This document shows positions 25,021-39,180 of a DNA stretch of 64,000 nucleotides, piece after piece (within the stretch, counting starts at the first letter, position 1; each line of letters opens with the position of its first letter). A model generated the notes under the pieces. That model did no database searches. It saw only the letters and a program-made list of their open reading frames with translations, and had not been told where the DNA came from. Made by a program: the position numbers and the translations under genes. Origin of the DNA: the human T2T-CHM13v2.0 reference genome, Homo sapiens; assembly GCF_009914755.1 (NCBI RefSeq), contig NC_060944.1; one strand, 5' to 3'.

Positions 25021-26538
25021 TGATAGCAGCAGCGGCTTGTCTGGAATGGGCTGCCATGATGCTGGCTGCCGTCGGGGAGGTGTAGCCGGGGCTGTGCGCT
25101 CTGTGGAGCTGGTGGGAGCTGGGAACAGGTGGAAGCTCCACCCACTTCTGAGTTGACAGGGTGGGGGCCAAGCTGTGGCTGCAGACCCAGGCATCTCTGC
25201 ACTCTCGGAGGTCCAGGAAGCCCCTGCCCCCGCTGCCTGGCCTCTCCCTGCTCCCAGTGCCTGCTCTGATTTCAGGGCAAAGTTGAGGCTGAGCCCAGGC
25301 ACTGTCACAGCCCGCCTGGGTGTACTCACCCTTGGGGCAGCACTGACACACCAGCCTCTGCTGCCCTGGCCCCCCTTCAGACTTTGGGCGCTGACAAGCA
25401 TGGGAGGGAGGCTGAGGGACACTAAGGGCAGGTCAGTGTGGGCCTGCAGGCAGCCTTCAGCACAAACAGTCTGGGCACCGTGGGCACCGTGGAGAGCAGG
25501 TTAATGGTGGCAGGGGGCAGATGGGCTCCTGGGTGGAAAGCGGGGGGTCCCAGTGAAGCCTCATCTTCAGGCCAGGGCTGCCAGTTCTGTGGACCACAGT
25601 GAGAACTTGTGATACTTTTTCTGGGCCCACCCATGACCACCCATGGACCAATCGGCATGCATGACCACCCACGGACCAATCAGCATGCATGACCACCCAT
25701 GGACCAATCAGCATGCATGACCACCCACGGACCAATCAGCATGCATGACCACCCATGGACCAATCAGCATGCATGACCACCCACGGACCAATCAGCATGC
25801 ACTTCCTCCCCTCTGAAGCCCATAAAAACCCAGACTCAGCCAGACTCCAGATGACAATGGGTCACCTGCTTGCTTAGAGGAGTGACCCACTGCGGGTCGC
25901 CTCTGAGCTGTTCAGTGAAGCTCCCCTTCACCCGGTCACCCCCCCACGTGTCCACGTACCTCATTCTTCCTGGTGTGGAACAAGAATGTGGGGCCCAAAT
26001 GGCAGGGCTGAAAGAGCCATGACAGACAGGGTTGAGACACCCCCCTTGCTCGCCATGCTGTGGGTGATGAGAGGGAGAGAAGAGAGGAGAGAAGAGCTGC
26101 GGCCCTTCGGGGAGCCCAGACCAAGGAGCTCCTAGAGCCAGGGCTGTGACGCCATCTTTGGGGCTCTGCAGTTCCTGGTACCTCCAAGCTTCCAGGCACC
26201 ACCGCGTTCCCTGGTGCCAGCTGTGGAAGCCACTTGTGGTCTGCCTGGTCCAGCGCCAGCCTCACAGGGAGCCGGCATGTGGAGCTGTCCTCCCTGCCGC
26301 AGCCGGCATGCCTGGCTGTGCATAGTGCCTGGACCCCACGCTCACTCGCTCACACACCGCTCTGCGCCTGGCTAGCCCTCGGCAGGTGTGGGGTCCACGC
26401 GGGTAGCATGAGCCAAGCCCAACCTCCTGGGCCGAGTGGGCGGAATGAGCCCAGAGGGCCCCAGCAAACCTTGGCAAAGGTGCCACCGGCCACAGAGGCT
26501 TCCAGCAGGAAAAGCAACAGCCCAAGGGTCCCGTGACA
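25021..26538 (+). mobile_element. ERV1 solo LTR, MER52-like, full length with 4-bp TSD
   Basis: Starts TG (25021) and ends ...GGGTCCCGTGACA (26538), flanked by AAGG at 25017-25020 and 26539-26542. The internal GACCAATCAGCA..CACTTCCTCCCCTCTGA..CCCATAAAAA promoter block is typical of MER52/LTR1-type LTRs (family name from memory). Confidence 0.85.
25632..25799 (+). repeat. 28-bp x6 tandem amplification of the LTR CCAAT box
   Basis: Unit CATGACCACCCA(T/C)GGACCAATCAGCATG. T and C alternate, giving a 56-bp higher-order period repeated three times. Confidence 0.96.
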
Positions 26539-27784
26539 AAGGGAGAAGCCTTCCAGCAGAGGCGGGAGGGAGGCGCCCAAAGGCGGAGGGATCCCACCCT
26601 CCCACCCAAAGGCCGAGGCCTGGGTGCTGCCCCCTGTGGCACCCTAAAAGCCCCTATGATGTTGCCTTCTCCCAAGACGAGATCATTCAACTGCCAAGAT
26701 GAGCTTTCTCAGCCTCCCCCAGCCCCCTCAGCCTCCTACACCAGCCCCCTCAGCCTCCAGAACCTGCTCATTCCAACTCCAGGACTGGCTCCCCAGCCTC
26801 ACAGGCACCTGGCCTCTGCGGTGTGCCCAACCCTGCACCAGAGGTAGCTCTGCCTGTGCTGAAGACCTCTGCCTTCTGGGAGAAGGAGGTTAAAATAGGA
26901 GCTCATGGGAACCGAAGCCTGGTGGCCGCTTGGGTGTGAAATGCCATTCTCACCAGAGCTAGGGGCAACATCATGTGAGTCTGGGGGTCCCCCTCATTCC
27001 CCTGGTGTCCCGACTTCCATCAGAGGAGAAAGAAAAGTAGGGAGGCACAGATGTGAACTCAGGATCCAAGGTCTGCCACTGCCCTCACGCAGAGGGCCGC
27101 TTTGGCTCGGAGAAACAGAAGGGTATGACAGGCACCGTCCCTCACCTCCTGTGTGGCTCGGGGGCCCTTGTGGCCTGCAGGCCCTTCCTCCTGCTCTCAG
27201 GCTGTGCTGGTAACCGCGCTCCTGCCTGTGTATATTTTTGGCTGGGGAGTTGGCGAAGGGGCTGTTTGTCTCCGAGGCCACTCCTGCCTCCTCTTGAGTC
27301 AGGGCGGAGACGGAGCCTTCCCAGGCAGAGGGGAGCGTGGAGGGGGCTTCAGGAGTGTGGGGCCGACCGCTTTCCCTACAGGGCGCTTGACCTGTCCAGA
27401 GGGACCAGGGAAGACGGCGGCTCCGGGGGAGGGAACTGGGAACCCGAGACCCAGAAGGTGCAGTGACTGCTCTGCTGGGCCCGGACTCAACACTGTTTAC
27501 CTGAAATCCGTTTCCAGTTCAGGAGGAAACAGACTCCGTGGCAAGATGGTTTTTCCACTGGCCTCTGGATGCTCGGCCTTCCCTGATACCGCAGCTGCAG
27601 TCGCCGTTAACCGCAGGCTGGAGGGAGACCCTGACCCCAGCTCCAAGCCCCCAGTGCAGAGCCGGAGAGCCGGGCCCCAGAAGCTGTCCCTGCAGCACCA
27701 CCTGCTGGGCGGTGCTGGAAGTGTTGCAGCACCAGCGGGGGCTGGGGGCGCTGCCGCTGGGTGGTGAGGACCCCGGGGTCACGC

Positions 27785-27900
27785 ATCAGGTTATGAACTC
27801 TGACTCTGCCATTTGGTCCTGACCATAGTCTCGTCATCTGTAAAATGGGGTCACCAGCACCCCCAGGTGTAAGGACCCCATCTAGGTCCATGCTGGGGAC
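27785..27900. mobile_element. MIR SINE fragment
   Basis: AACTCTGACTCTGCCATT...TCATCTGTAAAATGGGG matches the MIR core. Confidence 0.65.
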
Positions 27901-28591
27901 GGTGTCGATGGAGAGAGCTGGGGGCGGGGAGGTGGAAAGAGAGGATGATAAACCAGAAAAGGGGGGACTTTCTGTCCTTATCAAGATGGGGGTGGTCCAT
28001 CTGGGGACCTAGACTCTTTCATGGCTGGCTCAAGTCCCCAGTGGTCCTGGCCCTACAGCCTCTGGAGTAGGGTGAACTCCTTCGGGTGGCATCAGGGCAG
28101 AGGGCCTGGGCAGGACCAGGAATCTCCCCACCCATTTTACCCCCAGGGAGGTCTTGGCCAACCCGCTGAAGGGGTTGGTAATCTCCCCAACCCGTGTCCA
28201 TGAGGGGTTCTGAGGACCCCCTAGACCCATGTGTGGGTAAACCCTTCTGCACCTGGTGCCAGCTGGACCCCAGCCCCCGCCCCACCATCCCTGTGTGGAC
28301 TGTCACCAGCCCCACCCCTCCCACAAGCAGGTCTCACCCTCCCTGGCCCAGTCTCCCTCCTTCCCTTAGGGCTGGGGCTGTACCCCATTGGGTTTCTCCT
28401 GGCCAATGGCAGACCTGGTCCTCAGCTGCCCAGAATAGCGCTGGGAACCCTTCCTCCTGGCGCTGGCAGCAAGCAGGCGAGAGGCAGGACTCAGCCCGGG
28501 GCTCTCCCCACCTGACTGGCCAGCGGGTTTCCACAGCACTACCTGTCCGTCCACACAGGGCATCTGACTTGGAAAGGCTTCTCTCGGCTGA

Positions 28592-28892
<301 letters not shown>

Positions 28893-30797
28893 TGAATATT
28901 TTTTTTAAAGGCACAAAAAATATTTACCAGGCCATTTCTTGCCTCCGGAACCTGAAGAAAATAAAATTCACTTTCACATCCTCAGCAGCCAAGTGGCCCC
29001 TTCAGATCCACCTGCTGAGGTCATGGCCAGCCCTGCCCCCAGCAGTTTCCCAGGATGCGTGGCTGGGGGGTGTCCGATCACAAACCGCGGGAACTTTATT
29101 TTCAAGGCTGCTGCCTGGCCCGGGGGCTTCGGTTCCACCACATGGGCCAGTTTATCACCAGCCAGCTCTGCCTCGCTTCTTTTTATTGTGTTTTGTTTCC
29201 TTAGCAGTAAAATCATTGACTTACTTGTCTGGGTTTTTTTAATTGCAAAACGAATGCATGATGCCTGTAACCATGTCAAATAAAGAGTTATGCACAGAAT
29301 TAGAATGAGAAAGTCTCTGTCTCACACCTCCCCTCGCACCACCTGCTGGGGTTGGAGGTGGGAAAGGTGCTCCCACCGACTCCGGCAGCCAGGATCACTC
29401 AGGGGACTGGGATGCGGAGAGAGCTCGGGGATAGGGCCTAGGAGTCACTGGGCCCCACCAACCACCCAGGCACCTGTCCGAGCCTCAGCGTCCTTGCAGT
29501 GCTGGGCCTGAGTCGGCCTCCTGGCGGCTGGGAGCTGGGGAGCCTGGCTCCCCAGGATGGTCAGGACTTTTTGGGATCAGGAAGACAATAGCCCAGGAAA
29601 GCTCACTGGGCCTTCATCCTCACGGACCACTACAGGCAGGGCCCACAGCCGAGAGGTGCAGAGAAGAGCAAGCCAGTGCCGCCCAGGCTGCAACCCTGAC
29701 CCCACTCCATGCACCGTCCTCCCCCAGTGGCCAAACCCCCCAAAACTCACAGAGGCTACATCGTAGGCACCACCATGGAAAGGAGGCCTGTTTCCAGGGA
29801 ACCCTCTACCGCCACCCCCCCAACCCCAACCCCAACCTCACCCCCACTCCTTTCGTCACCTCCACCCCCCACCACCCATCCCTACACTCTCGGTGGCTCT
29901 CAGTGGCAGCCACATCAAGAACAAACCCACTGGGTCTCCGGGATACCCCGTAACAGGTGGAATTCTGAGAGGTGGGTGGGGTGGGCATTCTGGGGCTGAA
30001 CTTGGATGAGCGAAGGCCCGGGGCAGGGAGATAGAGGCGGCCATGTGCGGGACAAGGATGTCACCGTGATTCAGAAAGGCTTTGGGGCCGACATGCAGTA
30101 ATAGGGCCAGGGTCACCTCCTGCCTGGACAACAACAGACGGAATATCTGCAGCCACAGTGTTAGAGGCCTGGGACGTCGGCAGCAGAGCTCCACAGCCCC
30201 CAAGAGGACGAGCCCTCCAGCTGCTGCAGCTTCTTCCTGGTGCAGTCCTGGGTTGACGGGACCGACCTCGGAGTCTGAGGAAGCCAAGGTGCCTGGTAGA
30301 GAGGGAAAGAAGGGAGCTGCTCCGACACGGAGCCTCTGGGATCTCCTCTGCACACCCTGGGCGGACGCGGCCCAGGCCAGGAAAAGGCCCATCTAGAGGA
30401 GTCCGAGGAGCAACCCCGTGTTCCCACAGGGCCGGGAGAGGGCCTCTTTCCCAGCCAGCCTGGAAAACCTCGAAATCCATGGGATTGTTGGGGGAGAACT
30501 CAGAAGGGAGACGCTGGGCAGTCTCAGCTGGGGAATAATTAGGATGAACAAACCTGAAACACAAAAACCCCTAAAATCAAATTATTGTGAGTAACACATC
30601 ACCCCATAACAAATGTCAAAAACCAGGACTAACCAAATTATTGTGAATTAAAATTCACAACTTATGGCATTAAATCAAAGATTACCAGGCATGCACAGAA
30701 ATAGAAAAACGTGGCCCCCAAATCAATTGATTGAAACTGACCCCAAACTGATGTAGATGTAGAGGTAATAGACAAGGATATTTCAAATGTTATCAGA

Positions 30798-31338
<541 letters not shown>

Positions 31339-33107
31339 TCAATGATCAGTGAGACAACATAAAGTGGGCAAATATATATGTAATTGCTGTGCCCAAAGGA
31401 GGAGAGACAGAAAAAATATTTGAAAAAACATGTCCCCAAATATTCCAAATTTTATGAAAACAACAAGCCCACAAAGCCAAGTTCAATCACCCCAAGTACA
31501 AGACACAGATGATGAAAACCACGCAGAGATGCATCATCATTAAATTGTTCAAAATTAGTGGAAAAGGGAAATCTGGCAAAGTCAGGAAAGGTAATCAATA
31601 AAGCAGCCAGGAAAAAAAAATAGACACTTTAGACAGAGGAGAATAAAGGACAACAGCAGGTTCATCCTCAGAAACAACGTGAGCAGAAAGGTTTTGGAGC
31701 AATAGCCTTAAAAGTCGACCTAGAATTCTATACCCAGCAAAACTATCCTTCACAAACGAAGACAAGCCTTCCAGCCTGGGCTCAATGAAGAGAGTTGAAA
31801 AGACCATCACGCCCATGCTTACAATGAAGGAAACATGGGAAAGCCTGGAAATGCGCACCTTCTGGAACTTATCAGAAAGCTCAGCTCTCAGCCAACCACT
31901 CATTCCAAATCTGTGGAGATACAGTGACCAGGCTCTGGATGCAAGACACAGGACCCGAGCCTTTGGTTGCCTGGCACACACTGCTGGATGCTGAATAAGC
32001 CAGGAAGAAGATCCGGCTAAATGTTGGCACATTCTAAAGTCTACGTGAGGCCAGTCTGACCCTGGGAACCTCCATGAAGACATGGGCGTGGAGGGTCTGC
32101 CTTTTGCAGGGCCCACCAGGGGCTCACAGGAAAGGTCGTGGAAAATTACAAGAAATCTTCCCTCTGGCACTAGCGGGTGAGGGGAATGGAAGCCACCGCC
32201 AGACAGCACCATCTCCTCACCCTCCTGTGAAGCACAAGACTCACTTGCAGAGGGAAGAGCGCAGAAACCGTCACCCCAGGACGCTGCGGTTGAACGAGAG
32301 GAAGCGAGAATGGAGAAGCCCTGGCCCTGGGGAACAGGATGGAAAACGCTTGGCTCAGCTCCGTGGCTGCGAAGGAACCGGCGCGCTCGCGGAGGCCACA
32401 CCCCGAGACCCGAGGACACAGTGCCTGCCTGAGATGGAGCCAGAAACATTCTCCACCCTTTCACGCAAGACTAACAAGGGCTCCATGAAAATAAAACTGG
32501 AAGAGCTGAAAGAGAAGCATTCTCCCTGGGTGTGAAACCAAGAAAAGACACAAAGCCAAGGAAAAGCCATTGAGAAAACACCTGGCACACGGCCTATCCC
32601 CTAAACACAGAAGATAACCATAGAAACAACCTCAAACCAAGTCCAAGTCCTGACTTCATTGATAAAACCTCCACACCAAAGACCTAGAGAAGGAAGGGCA
32701 GGTCATCACCAAGCATAAAGCCGCTCATGGCAATATCTACTTTCCTCCACAAAATGCCTGCCTTCCTGTAAAAAATTATAAGACATGTGAAAAGCAGGAA
32801 CAAACACACTCCCAAGAGGCAAAATAATCATCTAAACCAGAATTGGGCATGACACTGATGTTGGGACTATCAGGCAGGGAACTTAAATAACCTTGAGTAG
32901 TATGTTAAGGGCTCTAACGGAAAACGTAGACGATGTACAAGATGAGATGAGTAATTTCCTCAGGGAGATGGAAACGATAAGAAAGAACCAGATGGAAAGA
33001 CGTCAAACCAGGCTACAGAGATGAAAAATGCTTTTGATGGGGCAGTAGACGCAACACAGTGGAGGAAAGGGTCAGTGAACATGAGGATAGATCAATACCT
33101 AATAACC

Positions 33108-33933
33108 AACACACACACATGCACGCACGTGCACGCCCACACACGCACACCCACACATGCACAAACATGCACTCACATGCACACCACACATGCACAAACT
33201 TGTGCACACACATGCACACGCACATGCACACCCGCACACGCACGTGCATGCCCACACATGCACACACATATGCACACACAGGCACACACATGCACACCCA
33301 CACACGCACATATATGCACATGCATGTGCACGCCCACACACATGCATACACACATGCACGCCCACACACGCATATATGCACATGCATGTGCATGCCCACA
33401 CATGCACATGCACACATATCCACACACCCACATATATGTGCATGTCCACACACAAATACATATGTGCATGCACACACAAGTACACACCATGCACGTGCAC
33501 GCCCACACATGCACACACGTACGTACGCACACACATGCACGCACATGTACAAACGTGCACAAACATACATATGCATGCATATGCACAGTCACAGGTGCAC
33601 GTGCAAGACCCGATGCGCATACATGCACACGTGCACAAACAGGCACACACACGCACGTGCACACACCCACCCACACATGTATGCACATACAAGCACAAAC
33701 ACGTGCATGCCCACACACACATGCACACACACGTACACACACACACGCGCACACACACGCCCCCACACACACATATGCACATGCACGTGCATGCCCACAC
33801 ACGCAAACACGCTAATCACACACATGCACAAGCACATACGTGCCCACACACATACACAGGCGCATGCACACACACACATACACGTGCACACACGTGCATG
33901 CCCACACACACACACACACGCACATGTACACAC
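33108..33933 (+). repeat. Long degenerate (CA)/(CATG)-rich tract inside the L1 relic
   Basis: About 820 bp of alternating purine-pyrimidine sequence. It produces the His/Thr and Cys/Val artefact ORFs. Confidence 0.95.
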
Positions 33934-34145
33934 AGCAGGGAGGGGAAGGCAGAGCATCCAAGAACAGAAGGAAAAGAGAAAATAGGGAAGAGCCATTTGG
34001 AGAATAATGGCTGTATCTTTTTCAAAATTAATGACAAGCACTAAGCCACACATCTAAAAAACTTAACACTAAGTAGGGCAAATACCAAAAATAACTGCCC
34101 CTAGGCATATCAAATTCAAACTTTTGAAAACTAAAGGCAAAGGTA

Positions 34146-34447
34146 GCCCTGGCGCAGTGGCTCACACCTGTAATCCCAGCACTTTGGGAGGCCGAGGAGG
34201 GTGGATCACTTGAGGTCAGGAGTTCGAGACCAGCCTGCCCAACATGGCAAAACCCCATCTACTAAAAATACAAAAATTAGCCTGATGTGGTGGTGCACGC
34301 CTGTAATCCCAGCTACTCAGGAGGCTGAGGCACGAGAATTGCTTGAACCCAGGAGGCAGAGGCTGCAGTGAGCTGAGATTTCACCACTGCACTCCAGCCT
34401 GGGTGACAGAGCCAGACTCCATCTCAAAAAAAGAAAAAAAGAAAGCC
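34146..34447 (+). mobile_element. Alu (AluS-type) with approximate TSD AAAGGCAAA..GTAG
   Basis: Full dimer and A-rich tail with similar flanks on both sides. Confidence 0.95.
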
Positions 34448-35466
34448 AAAGGCAAAGTAGAACTCCTGGAGGCATCCATTGGCCTGGGAGTGCGGGTGTG
34501 GTGGGGACACAATATCTATAGAGGAACAGGATCTAAGAATCACAGCTGACTTCTTGTCATAAATCACTCAAGGAAGCAGACAATGGAGTAACACCTTTAA
34601 ATTACTGAGAAACAAAACAAAACTGTCAACCCAGAATTCATTCGCCAGTAAAACTATCCACCAAATCTGAAGGATTCAGTCTTTCTCTGGCAAACAAAAC
34701 CCGAGGGAACGCGTGGCCCTCAGATCTACTCGACAAGAAATGCTGAAGGAATTCTTCGGGCAGAGGCAGCAGCTTGGCTCTACACAAAGCAATGAAGAGT
34801 GTTGGAAATTGAGTAAAATAATTCAAAATAAAGTTTACTTTTTCTTACTTTTACTTGCTCTAAAATATAATTAACTGTCTAAAGCAAAAAACAGAAGCAA
34901 AGTATTTTGTGTTTATAGCACCTATAAATGTAAAATATGCAATAATTCCCAATATTGCAAAGGATGTGAAGGAGGACCTGAGACTGTTCAATTACTCCAA
35001 GAGAAGATTAAAAAAAAAAAAAGAGGCAAGAAGAAACCGAGCCAAATGGAACAAATACAAAATAGCTAGCAAGATGGTGGATTTTAATCCAACCATATCA
35101 ATAATCACTATAAATGTGAGTGAACTAAAAGCACCAGTTAAAAATAGATTGTCGGATTGGATTTTAGGAAACAATATCTAACTATGGTGTGTGAAAAAAA
35201 GTCACCTTCAGTATAAAGACAAAGATAGGTAAAAAGCTGAAAGATGGAAAAAGATACACTATATAAACACTAAGCCAAAGAAACCTGGAGTAACTCTGTT
35301 AACATCAGAATAAGTAGCTTCAGAACAAAGGATATTATCAGGGATAAAGAGGAACACTTACCTCATGATAAAAAGGTCAGTTCTCCAAGAAGACATAACC
35401 ATCCTAAATGTGTAGTCAGCTCATAACAGAGTCTCAAAATACATGAAGTAAACACTGAGAGAATTA

Positions 35467-35790
<324 letters not shown>

Positions 35791-36246
35791 TCACAATACA
35801 CATGACCTTAACAACCTCAACTAATTGGAACTAACTGACATGTATAAAACAAAATAACACACAGAGACCCAGCAGCACCTTCCTCTCAGATGCACATGGA
35901 GATTCACCAAGATAGCCTATATTCTGACCATAAAACAAACTTTAAAATTTAAAAGAATAGAAATCATACAAAGTATGGTCTTAGAACATAAAGAAATTAA
36001 ACTAGAATTAAATAACGATATGTGTGAAGTCTCACAAATATTTGGAAATTGAATAGCACACTCTAAAATAATCCATGAAAGAGCAAGTCTCAAGAAAAAT
36101 TTGAAAATATTTTGAACTGAAATGAAAATGTAAAGAATAACATCAAAATTTGTGGTAGGTAGGTAAAGCTGTGCTTAGAGGAAAATTTATAGTATTAAAT
36201 TATTAGAAAAAGAAGAAATATTTCAAATAAGTAACCCAAACTTCTA

Positions 36247-36729
<483 letters not shown>

Positions 36730-37077
36730 TTATATCAGGAACAAAAGAGGGGGACCTCACTCTCAATACTAGTTATTAAAGGAACAATAAAAAAATACTA
36801 GGGACAACTCTACACCCAGGTTCAACAACTTAAGTGGACTAATTCCTTGAAAGACACAAACTACCAAAACTCTTCCGAGGTAGTCCTATGCCTATTAAAT
36901 AAATTGAATTTGTAGTTAAAAGCCTTTCAAAAAAGAAAATTTTAGGCTCCTATGGTTCCACTGGTAAATTCTAACAAACGTGTAAGGAAAGAGTAACCCA
37001 CTGGGAAGTTCGAACAGACATATAAGGAAGGGGTAATGCCAGTGTTACACAATCAGGTTCAGGAAAGAGGAGTCGTT

Positions 37078-37585
37078 GTGTATCTGTTGCTGAGTAACAA
37101 ATTGTGCTAAAACATAGTGGCTTAAAAATAATGATAACCATTTATCGTCTCAGTTTCTGCAGCTCAGGAGTCGGACGGCACGCAGCCGATCTCCACTCCC
37201 AACGTGCAGGGCCTCTGCCATAAGCCTTGAAGGCACTCATTCACTCACGCATCGGGGGCTAGTACAGGCTGTGACAGAGGCCTGAGCTGGAACTGTTGAC
37301 CAGGACACACACATGGCCATGTGGCCTCTGGGCTTCCTCACAGCATGGTGTCTGGATTCCAGGAGTTGGCATCCTGAGAAACAACCATGCAGAAGCAGCC
37401 CTATGGATCCTGGCCTGGCCTTGGAGTCAGGCAGTGTCACTCCTGTGCCTTCTAACCTGGGTCCCCGGGCCCAAGGGGAGGAAATGGAGACCCCACCTCC
37501 CAGTGGAGGGAAGGCAAGGTCCCACTGTGGGGGTAGCACATGGGATACACCCATGTGGCTGCCGCTGGAGACGTTAGTTTGCCAC
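37078..37585 (-). mobile_element. MaLR LTR (MLT1-type)
   Basis: TATCTGTTGCTGAGTAACAAATT...AAAACATAGTGGCTTAAAA...GGGCTTCCTCACAGCATGG are MLT1 hallmark blocks. Confidence 0.75.
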
Positions 37586-38191
37586 ACCCGTTTCTTCTAC
37601 GTGAACATTTGCCTGCATCTCACCTTCTAACTCCTGGGTGCTGTTTGTCCATTTTCACTACACCAGGGGCCCCCACAGTATATGCAGACCAGGTTTCCTG
37701 GCCTCAGAGTCCTGGCAGGACCCGTCTGAGGGGAAGGTCCAGGTTGGTCCCCGGGCAGACAGACAGTCCTCTGAGCAGCGCCCACATCCCCACGGAGGCC
37801 ACAGCACCCAGCCTGCCACTTAAAGAGGCCCCTCAGGTTCCCTCTGGCCTAGCCTGCACTGTGGAGGGTGGGGGTCTCACAAGCACAGAAGGAAGAACAC
37901 AGGTGTGGCCCACAGACCTCCACCTCCTGGCTACATCTTGAGGGCTGAGCAGGGGCTGGGGGGCACTGGGGCCTGTGGCTCCTCCCAAACCCCTACAGGG
38001 GCTCCTCCATGCTCCCCTCACTCTGCCCTCCTCAGATTCAGCGCTCCTCAGGGCAGCCCAGGCAAAGCCCGCCACCCCTGAGAAGGCACAGGGTTGCGGA
38101 AGCACCTGCCTCCACACACACACTCTCCAGCCACGCTGGCCTGTGCTGGATCCTGGGACCTCACCCATTCACCTATGGCAGGAAGTGACCC

Positions 38192-38701
38192 CATCTTGGG
38201 TAGTGACCATCTGGGGCTGGTGTTGTGTGGGCCATAAAAAGAATTTACCAAAACAGTTGTAGGTAAAGAAAGGCAGATTTATTAGAGAAAGTAGAAAATG
38301 TGCATAGCACAGAAGCAACGGGCAGGTCAGCAAGGGAGGAGCCGAAGCAAGGGGCAGGTCAGCAAGGGAGGAGCCGAAGCAAGGGGCAGGTCAGCAAGGG
38401 AGGAGCCACTGCAAAGAAATGAGGGCTTGCTGGGGATGTTATAGGACGGCGCCTGTGCTGTGTGCTGGAGAGGGCCACAGGCAGTACTGATAACGCCAAG
38501 GTTGCAGTCAGCTAACATCCATTCTCCTATCAGCCAAGGGTCTGGCGATAGCCGGGCACAGGAAGATTGTGAGTTATTTCTTCAGGAGGGCTGTGTGTCC
38601 TGGACAGTGAAGAAGGGCAGACTTAAAGCTTCTTTGCTTCTTCTTTTTGCCTTCCCTCTGTCCTGCCAGCCCGACTCCTTTTCCCTCATTAGGATTCCAC
38701 A
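38192..38701 (-). mobile_element. Solo LTR, LTR47-like (ERVL), with internal 32-bp triplication at 38312-38407
   Basis: The minus strand starts TGTGGAATCCTAATGAGGGAAAAGGAGTC, with a TATA-like CCTATAAC (~38440) and AATAAA (38283-38278). Family name from memory. Confidence 0.65.
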
Positions 38702-38839
38702 CCCCCCACCCCCACATGTCAGGGCACAGCCGGGCTGACCAGCTCCACCCGCTCTGCTGGGCCCTCACTGAGTCTCAGTCTTCTCATGTGTGACACAGGC
38801 AAGGTGAACATGGTGGACATGTGTCAGGCGGGCGCCTGG

Positions 38840-39180
38840 GCCTAGAGGAGGAAGGAGCAGGGCCATTGTGGGGGCGCAGGCTGGGCCTGGCTCCTGGGGC
38901 CTGGGCCCAGCTCCTGGGGCCTGGGCCCAGAGGAGGAAGGAGCAGGGCCGGTGTGGGGGCGCAGGCTGGGCCTGGCTCCTGGGGCCTGGACCTAGAGGAG
39001 GAAGGAGCAGGGCCGGTGTGGGGGCGCAGGCTGGGCCTGGCTCCTGGGGCCTGGGCCCAGAGGAGGAAGGAGCAGGGCCGGTGTGGGGGCGCAGGCTGGG
39101 CCTGGCTCCTGGGGCCTGGACCTAGAGGAGGAAGGAGCAGGGCCGGTGTGGAGGTGCAGGCTGGGCCTGGCTCCTGGGGC
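38840..39180 (+). repeat. 65-bp minisatellite, ~5 copies
   Basis: GAGGAGGAAGGAGCAGGGCC at 38845, 38930, 38995, 39060 and 39125. Confidence 0.93.

Noticed and set aside
33013-34053. Several 150-300 aa His/Thr- or Cys/Val-rich ORFs (also at 14454-15793, 48957-49495, 54436-55050, 58524-59132)
   Set aside because: Artefacts of (CA)/(TG) low-complexity tracts.
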